DNA of 64,000 bases from an uncultured Prevotellaceae bacterium (GTDB lineage: Bacteria; Bacteroidota; Bacteroidia; Bacteroidales; Bacteroidaceae): the NCBI GenBank assembly GCA_902784565.1, contig CACZVE010000013.1, positions 1,258-65,257 of the forward strand, given 5' to 3'. Shown piece after piece: positions 55,995-64,000 of this stretch; within the stretch, counting starts at the first letter, position 1, and each line of letters begins with the position of its first letter. The position numbers and the translations under genes are program-made. A model generated the notes under the pieces. The model was not told the DNA's origin and made no database searches. It saw only the letters and a list, made by a program, of their open reading frames with translations.

Positions 55995-58499
55995 CTAATC
56001 CTGGAAGTAGACGCGCTTGACGCGGTTGCTGACACCTGTAAGCACCTCGTACGGGATGGTGTCGAGGACATCGGACAGAACGGTTACTGGCAAATGTTCG
56101 CCGAAGATCTCCACCTGATCACCCTCATGACAGTCGATATCCGTCACGTCAATCAGTGCCACATCCATACAGATATTACCCACATACTCGGCCTTCTGAC
56201 CATTCACAAGACAATAGCAGTGACGATTGCCGAGATGTCGGTTCAGTCCGTCAGCATAGCCAATAGGGATGGCACCTATCACGCTGTCCCTTTCTAATAT
56301 CCCCTTACGACTATACCCTACCGTCTCACCTGCAGGCACATGGCGCAACTGCAGAATGGTAGTCTTCAAAGTAGAAACGGTAGATAAGATACGATTATCA
56401 CGGGGATCAACACCATACAGACCTATTCCCAGACGACACATATCCATCTGACGCTCCGGGAAGTGTTCGATGCCTGCCGAGTTATCCATGTGTCGCAGGA
56501 TCTTATGACTGAAGGCTGCCTGCAACTTCTGACTTCCCTCCTCGAAGAGCGCAAACTGCTGGGCGGAGAACGCATCGAATCCGTCACTGTCGGAACCCAC
56601 AAAGTGACTGAAAACACTGCGCGGGATGATGGCATTCTGATGTTTCAAACGGTCTATCAACTCGTCGATATCGTTGACAGGATCAAAGCCCAGACGGTGC
56701 ATGCCCGTGTCGAATTTGATATGTACGGGCCAGCCTGTGATACCTTCTTTGCGCGCCGCCTTGATGAGGGCATCGAGCAGACGGAAGGAGTAAACCTCTG
56801 GCTCGAGGTCGTAGTCAAACATCGTCTTGAAAGCCGTCATCTCCGGATTCATAATCATGATATTCGCCGTGATACCTGCCTTACGTAGTTCCACACCCTC
56901 GTCGGCTACCGCCACCGCGAGATAATCGACACGGTGATCCTGAAGGGTCTTGCCAATCTCCACCGCTCCAGCACCGTAGGCATCAGCCTTGATCATACAC
57001 ACCATCTTGGTCTCTGGCTTCAGGAACGAACGGTAGTAGTTCAGGTTGTCAACTACCGCATTGAGGTTCACCTCGAGGATTGTCTCATGTACCTTCTGTT
57101 CTAATTGTTCCGTAATCTGGTCGAAGCCGAAACGCCGTGCTCCCTTCAACAAAATCAGTTCATTACGCAGACTACTGAACACATCACTCGAGAGGAAGTG
57201 CGGCACATCCTGGAAGAACTGCTTATCGCTAATCTGTATCCTGTCTGCCTGTGCCGTGAGTTCAGGACCAATGCCAATGAACTTCTGTATGCCTCTTTTC
57301 ACGCAGAGATCCGACACCTGTGCGTAGAGTGTCTCAGGTGTGATACCTGTCTGGTACATATCACTGAGGACGATGGTCTTCTTGAAGGTGTTGGGTGTTG
57401 GGTGTTGGGTGTTGGCAGTATCAAACCGACGGTTCAGGAAGTCGAGGGCAATGTCGAGGGAGTTGATATCAGAATTATACGAGTCGTTGACGAGGATACA
57501 ACCGCGCTGTCCCTCTTTCACCTCCAGACGCATGGCCACTGGTTCCAGAGTCGGCATACGCTCAGCCAACTGCTGCGGTGTCACACCGAGATAGAGAGCC
57601 GTCGCAGCACAAGTGATACAATCCTCTATCGAAGCCTCATCACTGAAGGGGATGTCGAAGGCACTGTCCTTACCCTTATAGCGGTAGGAGATGGTCTTCC
57701 CTTCGACAGACTTCACAAACAATGCCACCTGCTCGTCGCACAGTGACCACGCTATCTTCTCACCCTTATAGCGAAGTCGGCGGATACAACGACTCACGAT
57801 ATCGTTGTCAGAACAATAGATCATCGCCTGTGTGTCATGCATCAGTTCGAGTTTCTCCATACATTTCTCTTCCATCGAACGGAAGTTCTCCTGATGCGCC
57901 GCACCCAACGAGGTGAATACCCCCACTGTGGGTTGGATGATATCCCGCAGAGCCATCATCTCTCCTGGGTCGGAAATACCCGCCTCGAAGATACCCACCT
58001 CTGTTTGTTCATTGAGGAGCCATACCGAGAGGGGTACGCCTATCTGTGAGTTATAACTCTTCGGTGAACGCACAATCTTCTGCGAGGGTAGGAGCACCTG
58101 ATAGAGCCACTCTTTCACCATCGTCTTGCCGTTGGAGCCAGTGATTCCCACGATAGGGATGTCGAATTCGTCACGATGACGCTCAGCCAGTCGTTGTAAG
58201 GCAGCCAACGGTGAGGGAACGATGAGGAAATTGGCGTCCTTCATGCTCTCCACCGAACCATCAGGACAGAATTCCAGAATGCCTCTCGACTCTACTACGA
58301 AGTTACGCACACCTCTGCGATAGAGGTCTGCGATATATTTGTGGCCGTCGTTGCGTGCGGACTTTAAAGCAAAAAACAATGTTTCCTCCGGGAAACAAAG
58401 TGAACGACTGTCTGTCAACAGCCATCCTATCTGTGCATCGGCTGTTCCAACGCGACGTGCGCCGATCAGTGTTGTGATTTTCTCTATTGAATAGTTCAT
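55995..58499 (-). CDS. alr: Bifunctional MurF-like ligase / alanine racemase
   Basis: GITGSNGKT, SYNSQIGVP, NDSYN; IKADAYGAG, DTGMHRLG, IGYADG, CMD. Confidence 0.95.
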   Translation of the reverse strand: MNYSIEKITTLIGARRVGTADAQIGWLLTDSRSLCFPEETLFFALKSARNDGHKYIADLYRRGVRNFVVESRGILEFCPDGSVESMKDANFLIVPSPLAALQRLAERHRDEFDIPIVGITGSNGKTMVKEWLYQVLLPSQKIVRSPKSYNSQIGVPLSVWLLNEQTEVGIFEAGISDPGEMMALRDIIQPTVGVFTSLGAAHQENFRSMEEKCMEKLELMHDTQAMIYCSDNDIVSRCIRRLRYKGEKIAWSLCDEQVALFVKSVEGKTISYRYKGKDSAFDIPFSDEASIEDCITCAATALYLGVTPQQLAERMPTLEPVAMRLEVKEGQRGCILVNDSYNSDINSLDIALDFLNRRFDTANTQHPTPNTFKKTIVLSDMYQTGITPETLYAQVSDLCVKRGIQKFIGIGPELTAQADRIQISDKQFFQDVPHFLSSDVFSSLRNELILLKGARRFGFDQITEQLEQKVHETILEVNLNAVVDNLNYYRSFLKPETKMVCMIKADAYGAGAVEIGKTLQDHRVDYLAVAVADEGVELRKAGITANIMIMNPEMTAFKTMFDYDLEPEVYSFRLLDALIKAARKEGITGWPVHIKFDTGMHRLGFDPVNDIDELIDRLKHQNAIIPRSVFSHFVGSDSDGFDAFSAQQFALFEEGSQKLQAAFSHKILRHMDNSAGIEHFPERQMDMCRLGIGLYGVDPRDNRILSTVSTLKTTILQLRHVPAGETVGYSRKGILERDSVIGAIPIGYADGLNRHLGNRHCYCLVNGQKAEYVGNICMDVALIDVTDIDCHEGDQVEIFGEHLPVTVLSDVLDTIPYEVLTGVSNRVKRVYFQD
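57387..57414. repeat. Heptamer repeat (GGTGTTG)x4 inside murF-alr
   Basis: Four exact units, encoding ANTQHPTPNT. Confidence 0.9.
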
Positions 58500-59323
58500 A
58501 TTTCTTTTATTGCTGGATATTTCTCTTGTAGTTCTTTCAGACGAAGACGGGTCTGTTCCTGGAAACGACGGTATTCGTCAGATTCTGGATCAAAGGGTTT
58601 GTGATTCAGGGCTTGTTTGATGGGGCGCCACTCTTCCAAGAAAGTCTTGGCCTCGGCAGAGAAGTAGGTTTCCACCAGACGCTCCCAGATATAATCCACC
58701 GCCTGCTGCGAGGGGTGCAGCATATCATCTTGATAGAAACGGTAGTCACGCAATTCATCATTTATAATCTCATAGGCGGGAAAATAAGCCACAGACTGAC
58801 ACAGATGATCACAGACTTTACGAACCGCGAGAAGAAGCGTCGCCTTGGAGAGTTGTGAGCCGTGATAACCGTATTTCCGGTAACGGATAGGACTCACGGT
58901 TAGGACGATGTGTATCTCTGGATTCATCTGGCGGAGGATATCGATGGCCTGCCGCAGATAGTCTGCACATTCATCTACTGAGAGTTCTTCCTCAGTAAAA
59001 AGCGACTGCGGACGCTTCTGACAATTATCGACAATCTCGCCCGTCTCTTTCAGACGATAGACATGGTTTGTGCCGAGTGTAAGGAATGCGGTCTTAGTGG
59101 ATTGCAAATCCGATGAAGCAGCGGAATACAGGCGCTGAATGGTATGGAGAATAGAGACGGGGTTATACATCACGCCAAAGGGATTGACCGTCACATGGAA
59201 CTGTTCTTCCTGAAAGCGTCGTCCAATCTCCGTGGCAAAACACGACCCTACGAAAAGCATCTCCTCGCACGGTCCAATCTTAAACCCCGGATCCTCTATG
59301 TCTACAATCGTCCTGAACTCCAT
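58496..59323 (-). CDS. GSCFA domain protein
   Basis: GSCFA, NPFG..YNP, TVSPIR, YFPAYEI..DELRDYRFY. Confidence 0.93.
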   Translation of the reverse strand: MEFRTIVDIEDPGFKIGPCEEMLFVGSCFATEIGRRFQEEQFHVTVNPFGVMYNPVSILHTIQRLYSAASSDLQSTKTAFLTLGTNHVYRLKETGEIVDNCQKRPQSLFTEEELSVDECADYLRQAIDILRQMNPEIHIVLTVSPIRYRKYGYHGSQLSKATLLLAVRKVCDHLCQSVAYFPAYEIINDELRDYRFYQDDMLHPSQQAVDYIWERLVETYFSAEAKTFLEEWRPIKQALNHKPFDPESDEYRRFQEQTRLRLKELQEKYPAIKEI

Positions 59324-61860
59324 CAACTTCTACTTATCTGCAGTCCTGTTGGCGAGAGTGACATCTCCACAAACCGCGCATTCTTATTAATCCGGTGTTC
59401 CGTCAGTATCTGTTTGATACGGGCAGCAGCCTCTGGATCCTTGGCAATCATATACAGATAACCTCCACCGCCAGCCCCAGGCAACTTATAGCCGAGACAC
59501 AGATCGTCGATAAGGTCTGTCAGTGATGCCACCGCCAGAGGATTTGTTCCGGTGTCAAGCATCTGGTTCTGCTGCCACGTCTTCCTGACGAGTCCACCCA
59601 TCTGTTGGAAGTCATTCCGTTGGATGGCTTCGTACATCGCCATCGTATGCTCTTTCATCTCACGGAGCAAACGCAGTTCCTTGTTGTGGTTAAGGAACAT
59701 CCTTCGTACGATTTCCGCGAGAATCTGTTTGGCTGTACGGGTGATACCTGTATAATATAAGAGGTGGCAGGCCTTGTATTCGGGTTGGGTCCAGATATCA
59801 TTGGGTAGCCAACGCACCTGCGGACTCTGATTGAAGCCACGACCCGTCTGTAACAGTTTCACCCCACTGAGGACTCCACCAAACTGATCCTGCCAGCCTC
59901 CTCCTGTAGTAAGCATCTGTTCCAGCATCAGGGTACGGTGCCCGATCTCGTTCTTATCCCAACCCAGACCGCAGAAATCACTGAGTGCTCCGAGAACGGT
60001 AGCCGCAAGGATACTCGATGTGCCTAATCCGCTCCCTGCAGGGACGGCAGAGAGCAGGGTGAGTTCGATGCCGCAACCGAAGGATTCAAGTTGTTCTTTT
60101 AATGGAGAGTTGCCGAAGCCTGCGAGGACAAGGGCAGCCTTGGGGATAGAGAAAGGCGAACCCACATGCATGAAGTCCATCAACTGCGCTGATGTCTCCA
60201 CTACTTCCATAGCCCCAAGGTCAATGCTACGAAGCACGATATGACAAGCCTTCGACGGCTTCACATAGACCTGAAGTGGAGGTTGTCCGTTGAGTTCGAT
60301 GGCGAAGTTGATGACGTTACCACCCTCCATCAGACAGTATGGCGGCGTATCCGTCCACCCACCAGCAATATCGATGCGCACAGGACTGCGTCCCCAGACG
60401 ATCTGGTCGCTGCTGACACAGAGGGACGGCTGCTGCTGAGTAGCAGCAGCACGAGTACAAAGACCCTGGCGAAGGAGTGCGAAAGCCTTGTCACTCTCCC
60501 CTCGGAACATAGCGTTGTGGATGCGTGTCATCAGCGGTGCATCCTCTGGTAGTGCCTCCGGTAGGGGTATCTGGTTTTTCTTGAATTCCTCAGCAGCATC
60601 TGCCAGGTCGAGTTGATAGAACACACTGTGTCGCCAGTTCTTCGCCAAGGCATACCAGTTCTGTTTCCGGAAAGCCTGACGCTGGGCAAACAATCGTCGC
60701 AGATTGGCCCGCTCCGCCACCTCGTTGCTGTTGAGAGGCTCATCGATACGGTAGCGGCGAGTCTCATAGTCATTGTCACCCACAGGTACCACGTCGATGC
60801 ACTCACCAGGTTCCAGAGTAATCTCCCAGTCGTTCTCTGGCACACCCGTCAGCACATTGTCGTGCGTCAGATGCCACTTGGGACCAATAAAACTGTTCTC
60901 TATCCAGATATGGCTGTTCTCCTCCGTAAAGGGAATCTTCATCATCGCGTTCTGCACGAAGATAGAAGGATGCGGTTTACGATCCAGGTGCATGATCTCC
61001 CGTTGGTCGTTGACGAGGTTCTGGAGCCTCAGCGTTGAGGAGATCATTTCCCGTGAGGTGCCGAAGTGATAGAACTCCTCACCATTCAGCGGCACAATGG
61101 CGACACTCAGTGCCTGCAGTTCGGGATCGTCGAGGATAGGCTCAGTGCCGAGAGCACAGCCGAACTCGGAGTAGAGGTCGTATTCTTTTCCATTGCTGCG
61201 TTGCATCAGCAGACTTACCGCCTTATCACTCAGCAGCCACACCCCGATATCCGTCAGATAGAAATGATCGCGCTGGAGGTCTGCGAGCATCTGTACCGAT
61301 GGTTTCTGGAGCATCTGTTTCAGCACCGATGGCGAACGACGGCTGCTGACGAACACCCCGTGATTCTTCGCCACAGAGGCATCGAGCCACAGACCGTAGC
61401 AGACCACATCCACCTCGGGAATCGGTTGGAGGGGTTGTGTCGTACGGATAAGCACATCACCGCTGACCACCATCGTATGGATACTGTCAGGTGCCATCTG
61501 CATCATCTGCTCATACAACGGCAACTGTACACTGAGCAGATTCTGCGAGAGACGCTGTCCCCTCTCCCACCGAAACACCGGCAGGGGCATCAATACCTTT
61601 CCCGATACCGCATAACTGGGCAGGCGTTTACTCTGTCCACCGGCATGGATCAGGATGCGTTTCTCCTTCGAGAGCCAACTCTCCATGTCCGTTGCACCCT
61701 CGGTACGACAGGCTTCCTGTAAGAGCCACGTAGTACCCCCGCCACTTCCGAGCCGATGACCTATCGGGTCGCAGGTACAGAAGTATTCCTCACGGGAGAG
61801 TCCCGTCACTTCATGAAAGGCCTCCACCAGATTCGGTGGCAACGACAGTAACTTTTTCAC
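59323..61860 (-). CDS. fkp: Bifunctional L-fucokinase / L-fucose-1-P guanylyltransferase
   Basis: LGSGGGT, HAGGQSKRLP, RIDIAGGWTD, PAGSGLGTSS, GGGWQDQ, GAGGGG; GTG start. Confidence 0.95.
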   Translation of the reverse strand: MKKLLSLPPNLVEAFHEVTGLSREEYFCTCDPIGHRLGSGGGTTWLLQEACRTEGATDMESWLSKEKRILIHAGGQSKRLPSYAVSGKVLMPLPVFRWERGQRLSQNLLSVQLPLYEQMMQMAPDSIHTMVVSGDVLIRTTQPLQPIPEVDVVCYGLWLDASVAKNHGVFVSSRRSPSVLKQMLQKPSVQMLADLQRDHFYLTDIGVWLLSDKAVSLLMQRSNGKEYDLYSEFGCALGTEPILDDPELQALSVAIVPLNGEEFYHFGTSREMISSTLRLQNLVNDQREIMHLDRKPHPSIFVQNAMMKIPFTEENSHIWIENSFIGPKWHLTHDNVLTGVPENDWEITLEPGECIDVVPVGDNDYETRRYRIDEPLNSNEVAERANLRRLFAQRQAFRKQNWYALAKNWRHSVFYQLDLADAAEEFKKNQIPLPEALPEDAPLMTRIHNAMFRGESDKAFALLRQGLCTRAAATQQQPSLCVSSDQIVWGRSPVRIDIAGGWTDTPPYCLMEGGNVINFAIELNGQPPLQVYVKPSKACHIVLRSIDLGAMEVVETSAQLMDFMHVGSPFSIPKAALVLAGFGNSPLKEQLESFGCGIELTLLSAVPAGSGLGTSSILAATVLGALSDFCGLGWDKNEIGHRTLMLEQMLTTGGGWQDQFGGVLSGVKLLQTGRGFNQSPQVRWLPNDIWTQPEYKACHLLYYTGITRTAKQILAEIVRRMFLNHNKELRLLREMKEHTMAMYEAIQRNDFQQMGGLVRKTWQQNQMLDTGTNPLAVASLTDLIDDLCLGYKLPGAGGGGYLYMIAKDPEAAARIKQILTEHRINKNARFVEMSLSPTGLQISRS

Positions 61861-61864
61861 CTTT

Positions 61865-64000
61865 TCACCCTTTCACTTTTTGACCTTTCCTCCGGCGGTA
61901 TTCCATAAAGACAGCACCGAGCAATACAAGTATCAACACCCCGTAGGCCGTATAGGCGATGGTCTCGGTAGTATCCACCGACTTCGGGAAGAAACTCAGT
62001 ACCACCTCGTGCTTACCTGGCTTCACATTCAGCGCACGAAGGATATAGTTCACACGTCCTAACTCTGCAGGTTCGCCATCGACGGTGGCTGTCCATCCGG
62101 GATAATAGATCTCGGAGAACACGATCACACCACCCTTGCCGGAATTCACGTCGTACTTCAACTGGTTCGGCTCGTAGTCGGTAATCGTCACAATACTGGC
62201 AGTATCCTGTTCGATCGCCTCCCCTAATAACTCCTTGAACTTCGTATCGGCCACAGCCTCATGGCGCAGGTCAATCTGGCCCACACCGTCCATCTCCTCA
62301 TTGGCATTCTGCACATATCGGATCTTGTCGACAAACCACGCGTTACCATAGGTATAGGGATTCTGCAACGGGACGGTCTGTCCGTTCTGCAACGGGAAGA
62401 TGATATATTTCGTGTTAAGCATGTTAAGAACGGGGAAGATGCTGTCGCCCTTCACCTGTGTCATGTCTCCGCCAGCCTCTGCCACAGCATTCATCATCTG
62501 TTGCATCTCGGGCGATATATACTCTTCGATCATCTCCTGATAACGACGTAGTTTGGCTGCGTGGTAACCACCGATGCTCTTATGGTAGTAACTCGTCTCG
62601 TTCTCGTTGAACGTGTTCGAGGCGAGATTCAGGACACGGTAGTCAAGACTCTTATCGTGCAGGATCTGCTCGTCGGCCTGTGTCATCTGCTGCGGTGCCT
62701 CACGCTCACTCTTCGGCACGAACATCTCGTCGTTGAGGTAACGCTTGTTCACCGTCCACAGGTCCACAAGACAGAGCACGAAGATGATGGCAACAGTATA
62801 TTCCTTCTTCAGTTTGCCGTAGACGAAGCCCAGCAGGACACCCGTTCCCACCAGGATGATATAGAACGAACGCAGGGCATCGCTCGTAAACATCGCCTGA
62901 CGCATCTCCGTCAGGTTAGTCATCACAGGCTGCAGATACTCGCCGGGCAGTCCCTTCAGCGCATTCAATTCACTCGTAGAGATATAACTGTCGAAGAACA
63001 TCGTCGGCATCAACGAGAAGAGCAGGGCCACGACACCCGTCAGACAGAAACTGATGAGGACATACTTCATCCTCGGCTTGATCTGTTCAGGTTCTTCGAG
63101 GAACTTCTTCAGTGCCAACATCGCCAGCAGGGGGATGGTAAACTCCGCGATGACGAGGATTGACGCTACCGTACGGAACTTCGCATACATCGGCACGTAA
63201 TCGAGGAAGAAATCCGTCAGTCCCATGAAGTTCTTACCCCACGACAACATAATCGACAATACCGTAGCCGCTACCAGTGCCCACTTCACAGGTCCTTTCA
63301 CAATAAACAGACCCAGGATAAACAGGAACATCACGAAGGCACCCACATACACCGGACCACTCGTGCCGGGCTGTTCACCCCAGTACTGTCCGATCTGGTC
63401 GTAGAGACTCAGGAAATTATTGTCTGCCTTCGCCATTGCCGTCTCATTGCGACTCAGCGGCACTGAAGCACCACCCTTCGTATTCGGCACCAACAACGTC
63501 CATGTCTCACCGATGCCGTAACTCCACTGTGTGATATAGTCGCGTTCCAATCCGCTACTGGTCTGGTTGGCCGCATTCTGCTTCACCAGTTCACTCTTAC
63601 CACGCATCGACTCCTGTCCGTACTGCCAGGTATGGTAGAGGTTCGAGAGGTTCAGACACACACCGATGGCTGCCGCTGCCAGACAGACTCCTGTTGCCTT
63701 CACAAAATGCAACAGTTCCTTCTTCTGGAATGCCTCCACGAACCACGCGATGACAAGGAACAGGATAATAAAGAGGTAATAGTACGTCATCTGTACATGG
63801 TTGGCATTGATCTCAAACGCTGTGAAGATTGCCGTCACAATGAAGCCCCACAGGTATTTCCCCCGATAAGCCAACGCGATACCTGCAATCATCGGGGGCA
63901 GATAGGCCAATGCCCACACCTTCCAGATATGTCCGGCAGCGATGATAATCAAAAAATAGGTGGAAAAAGCCCATAGCACGGAACCCAGTGCTGCCAGGTG
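61865..64000 (-). CDS. YfhO-like polytopic membrane protein (5' end outside window)
   Basis: Many TM segments, YWGEQP, SIGGYHAAKL, FSEIYYPGW. Confidence 0.88.
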   Translation of the reverse strand, partial: HLAALGSVLWAFSTYFLIIIAAGHIWKVWALAYLPPMIAGIALAYRGKYLWGFIVTAIFTAFEINANHVQMTYYYLFIILFLVIAWFVEAFQKKELLHFVKATGVCLAAAAIGVCLNLSNLYHTWQYGQESMRGKSELVKQNAANQTSSGLERDYITQWSYGIGETWTLLVPNTKGGASVPLSRNETAMAKADNNFLSLYDQIGQYWGEQPGTSGPVYVGAFVMFLFILGLFIVKGPVKWALVAATVLSIMLSWGKNFMGLTDFFLDYVPMYAKFRTVASILVIAEFTIPLLAMLALKKFLEEPEQIKPRMKYVLISFCLTGVVALLFSLMPTMFFDSYISTSELNALKGLPGEYLQPVMTNLTEMRQAMFTSDALRSFYIILVGTGVLLGFVYGKLKKEYTVAIIFVLCLVDLWTVNKRYLNDEMFVPKSEREAPQQMTQADEQILHDKSLDYRVLNLASNTFNENETSYYHKSIGGYHAAKLRRYQEMIEEYISPEMQQMMNAVAEAGGDMTQVKGDSIFPVLNMLNTKYIIFPLQNGQTVPLQNPYTYGNAWFVDKIRYVQNANEEMDGVGQIDLRHEAVADTKFKELLGEAIEQDTASIVTITDYEPNQLKYDVNSGKGGVIVFSEIYYPGWTATVDGEPAELGRVNYILRALNVKPGKHEVVLSFFPKSVDTTETIAYTAYGVLILVLLGAVFMEYRRRKGQKVKG

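Noticed and set aside
1-64000. tRNA or rRNA genes
   Set aside because: No cloverleaf or rRNA signatures seen in intergenic regions; tRNAscan-SE and Infernal would confirm

Overview
Chromosomal window from a Bacteroidales bacterium, probably a rumen/gut Prevotella-like organism (TAnnTTTG promoters, T9SS-like C-terminal tails, murF-alr fusion, fkp). It has three parts. (1) 1-5.5 kb: a co-oriented minus-strand phage/satellite-like module (ORF6N, a hypothetical behind a large structured leader, M15A peptidase, VirE/VapE-type ATPase, DUF4248 and a 34-aa smalltalk-like peptide). It is rich in palindromes and repeats and continues past the left edge. (2) 5.6-18.6 kb: an accessory surface locus with an uncharacterised lipoprotein convergent on a tight three-gene operon. 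The operon encodes two giant, compositionally mosaic, T9SS-like secreted proteins (about 1704 and 1857 aa) and an unannotated 48-aa peptide with a YxxP leader-like motif. Two gene remnants flank this locus. (3) 18.7-64 kb: mostly core genes (ispH, meaB, DUF1573, alpha-2-macroglobulin, ADP-forming acyl-CoA ligase, GH94 phosphorylase, PreA, VOC, clpB, two M6 proteases, fumarase, M16 peptidase, DUF4954, hflX, nagB, GH97, mnmA, CDF transporter, SPFH-Arc-DUF1648, murF-alr, GSCFA, fkp, partial YfhO-like). Several carry in-frame repeat insertions, and several gene junctions are built from short repeats. I saw no rRNA, tRNA, CRISPR array, integrase or transposase. Best candidates for an undescribed system are the giant-protein plus YxxP-peptide operon and the VirE/smalltalk module with its switch-like leader RNA. 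Family assignments come from recalled motifs, not database searches.
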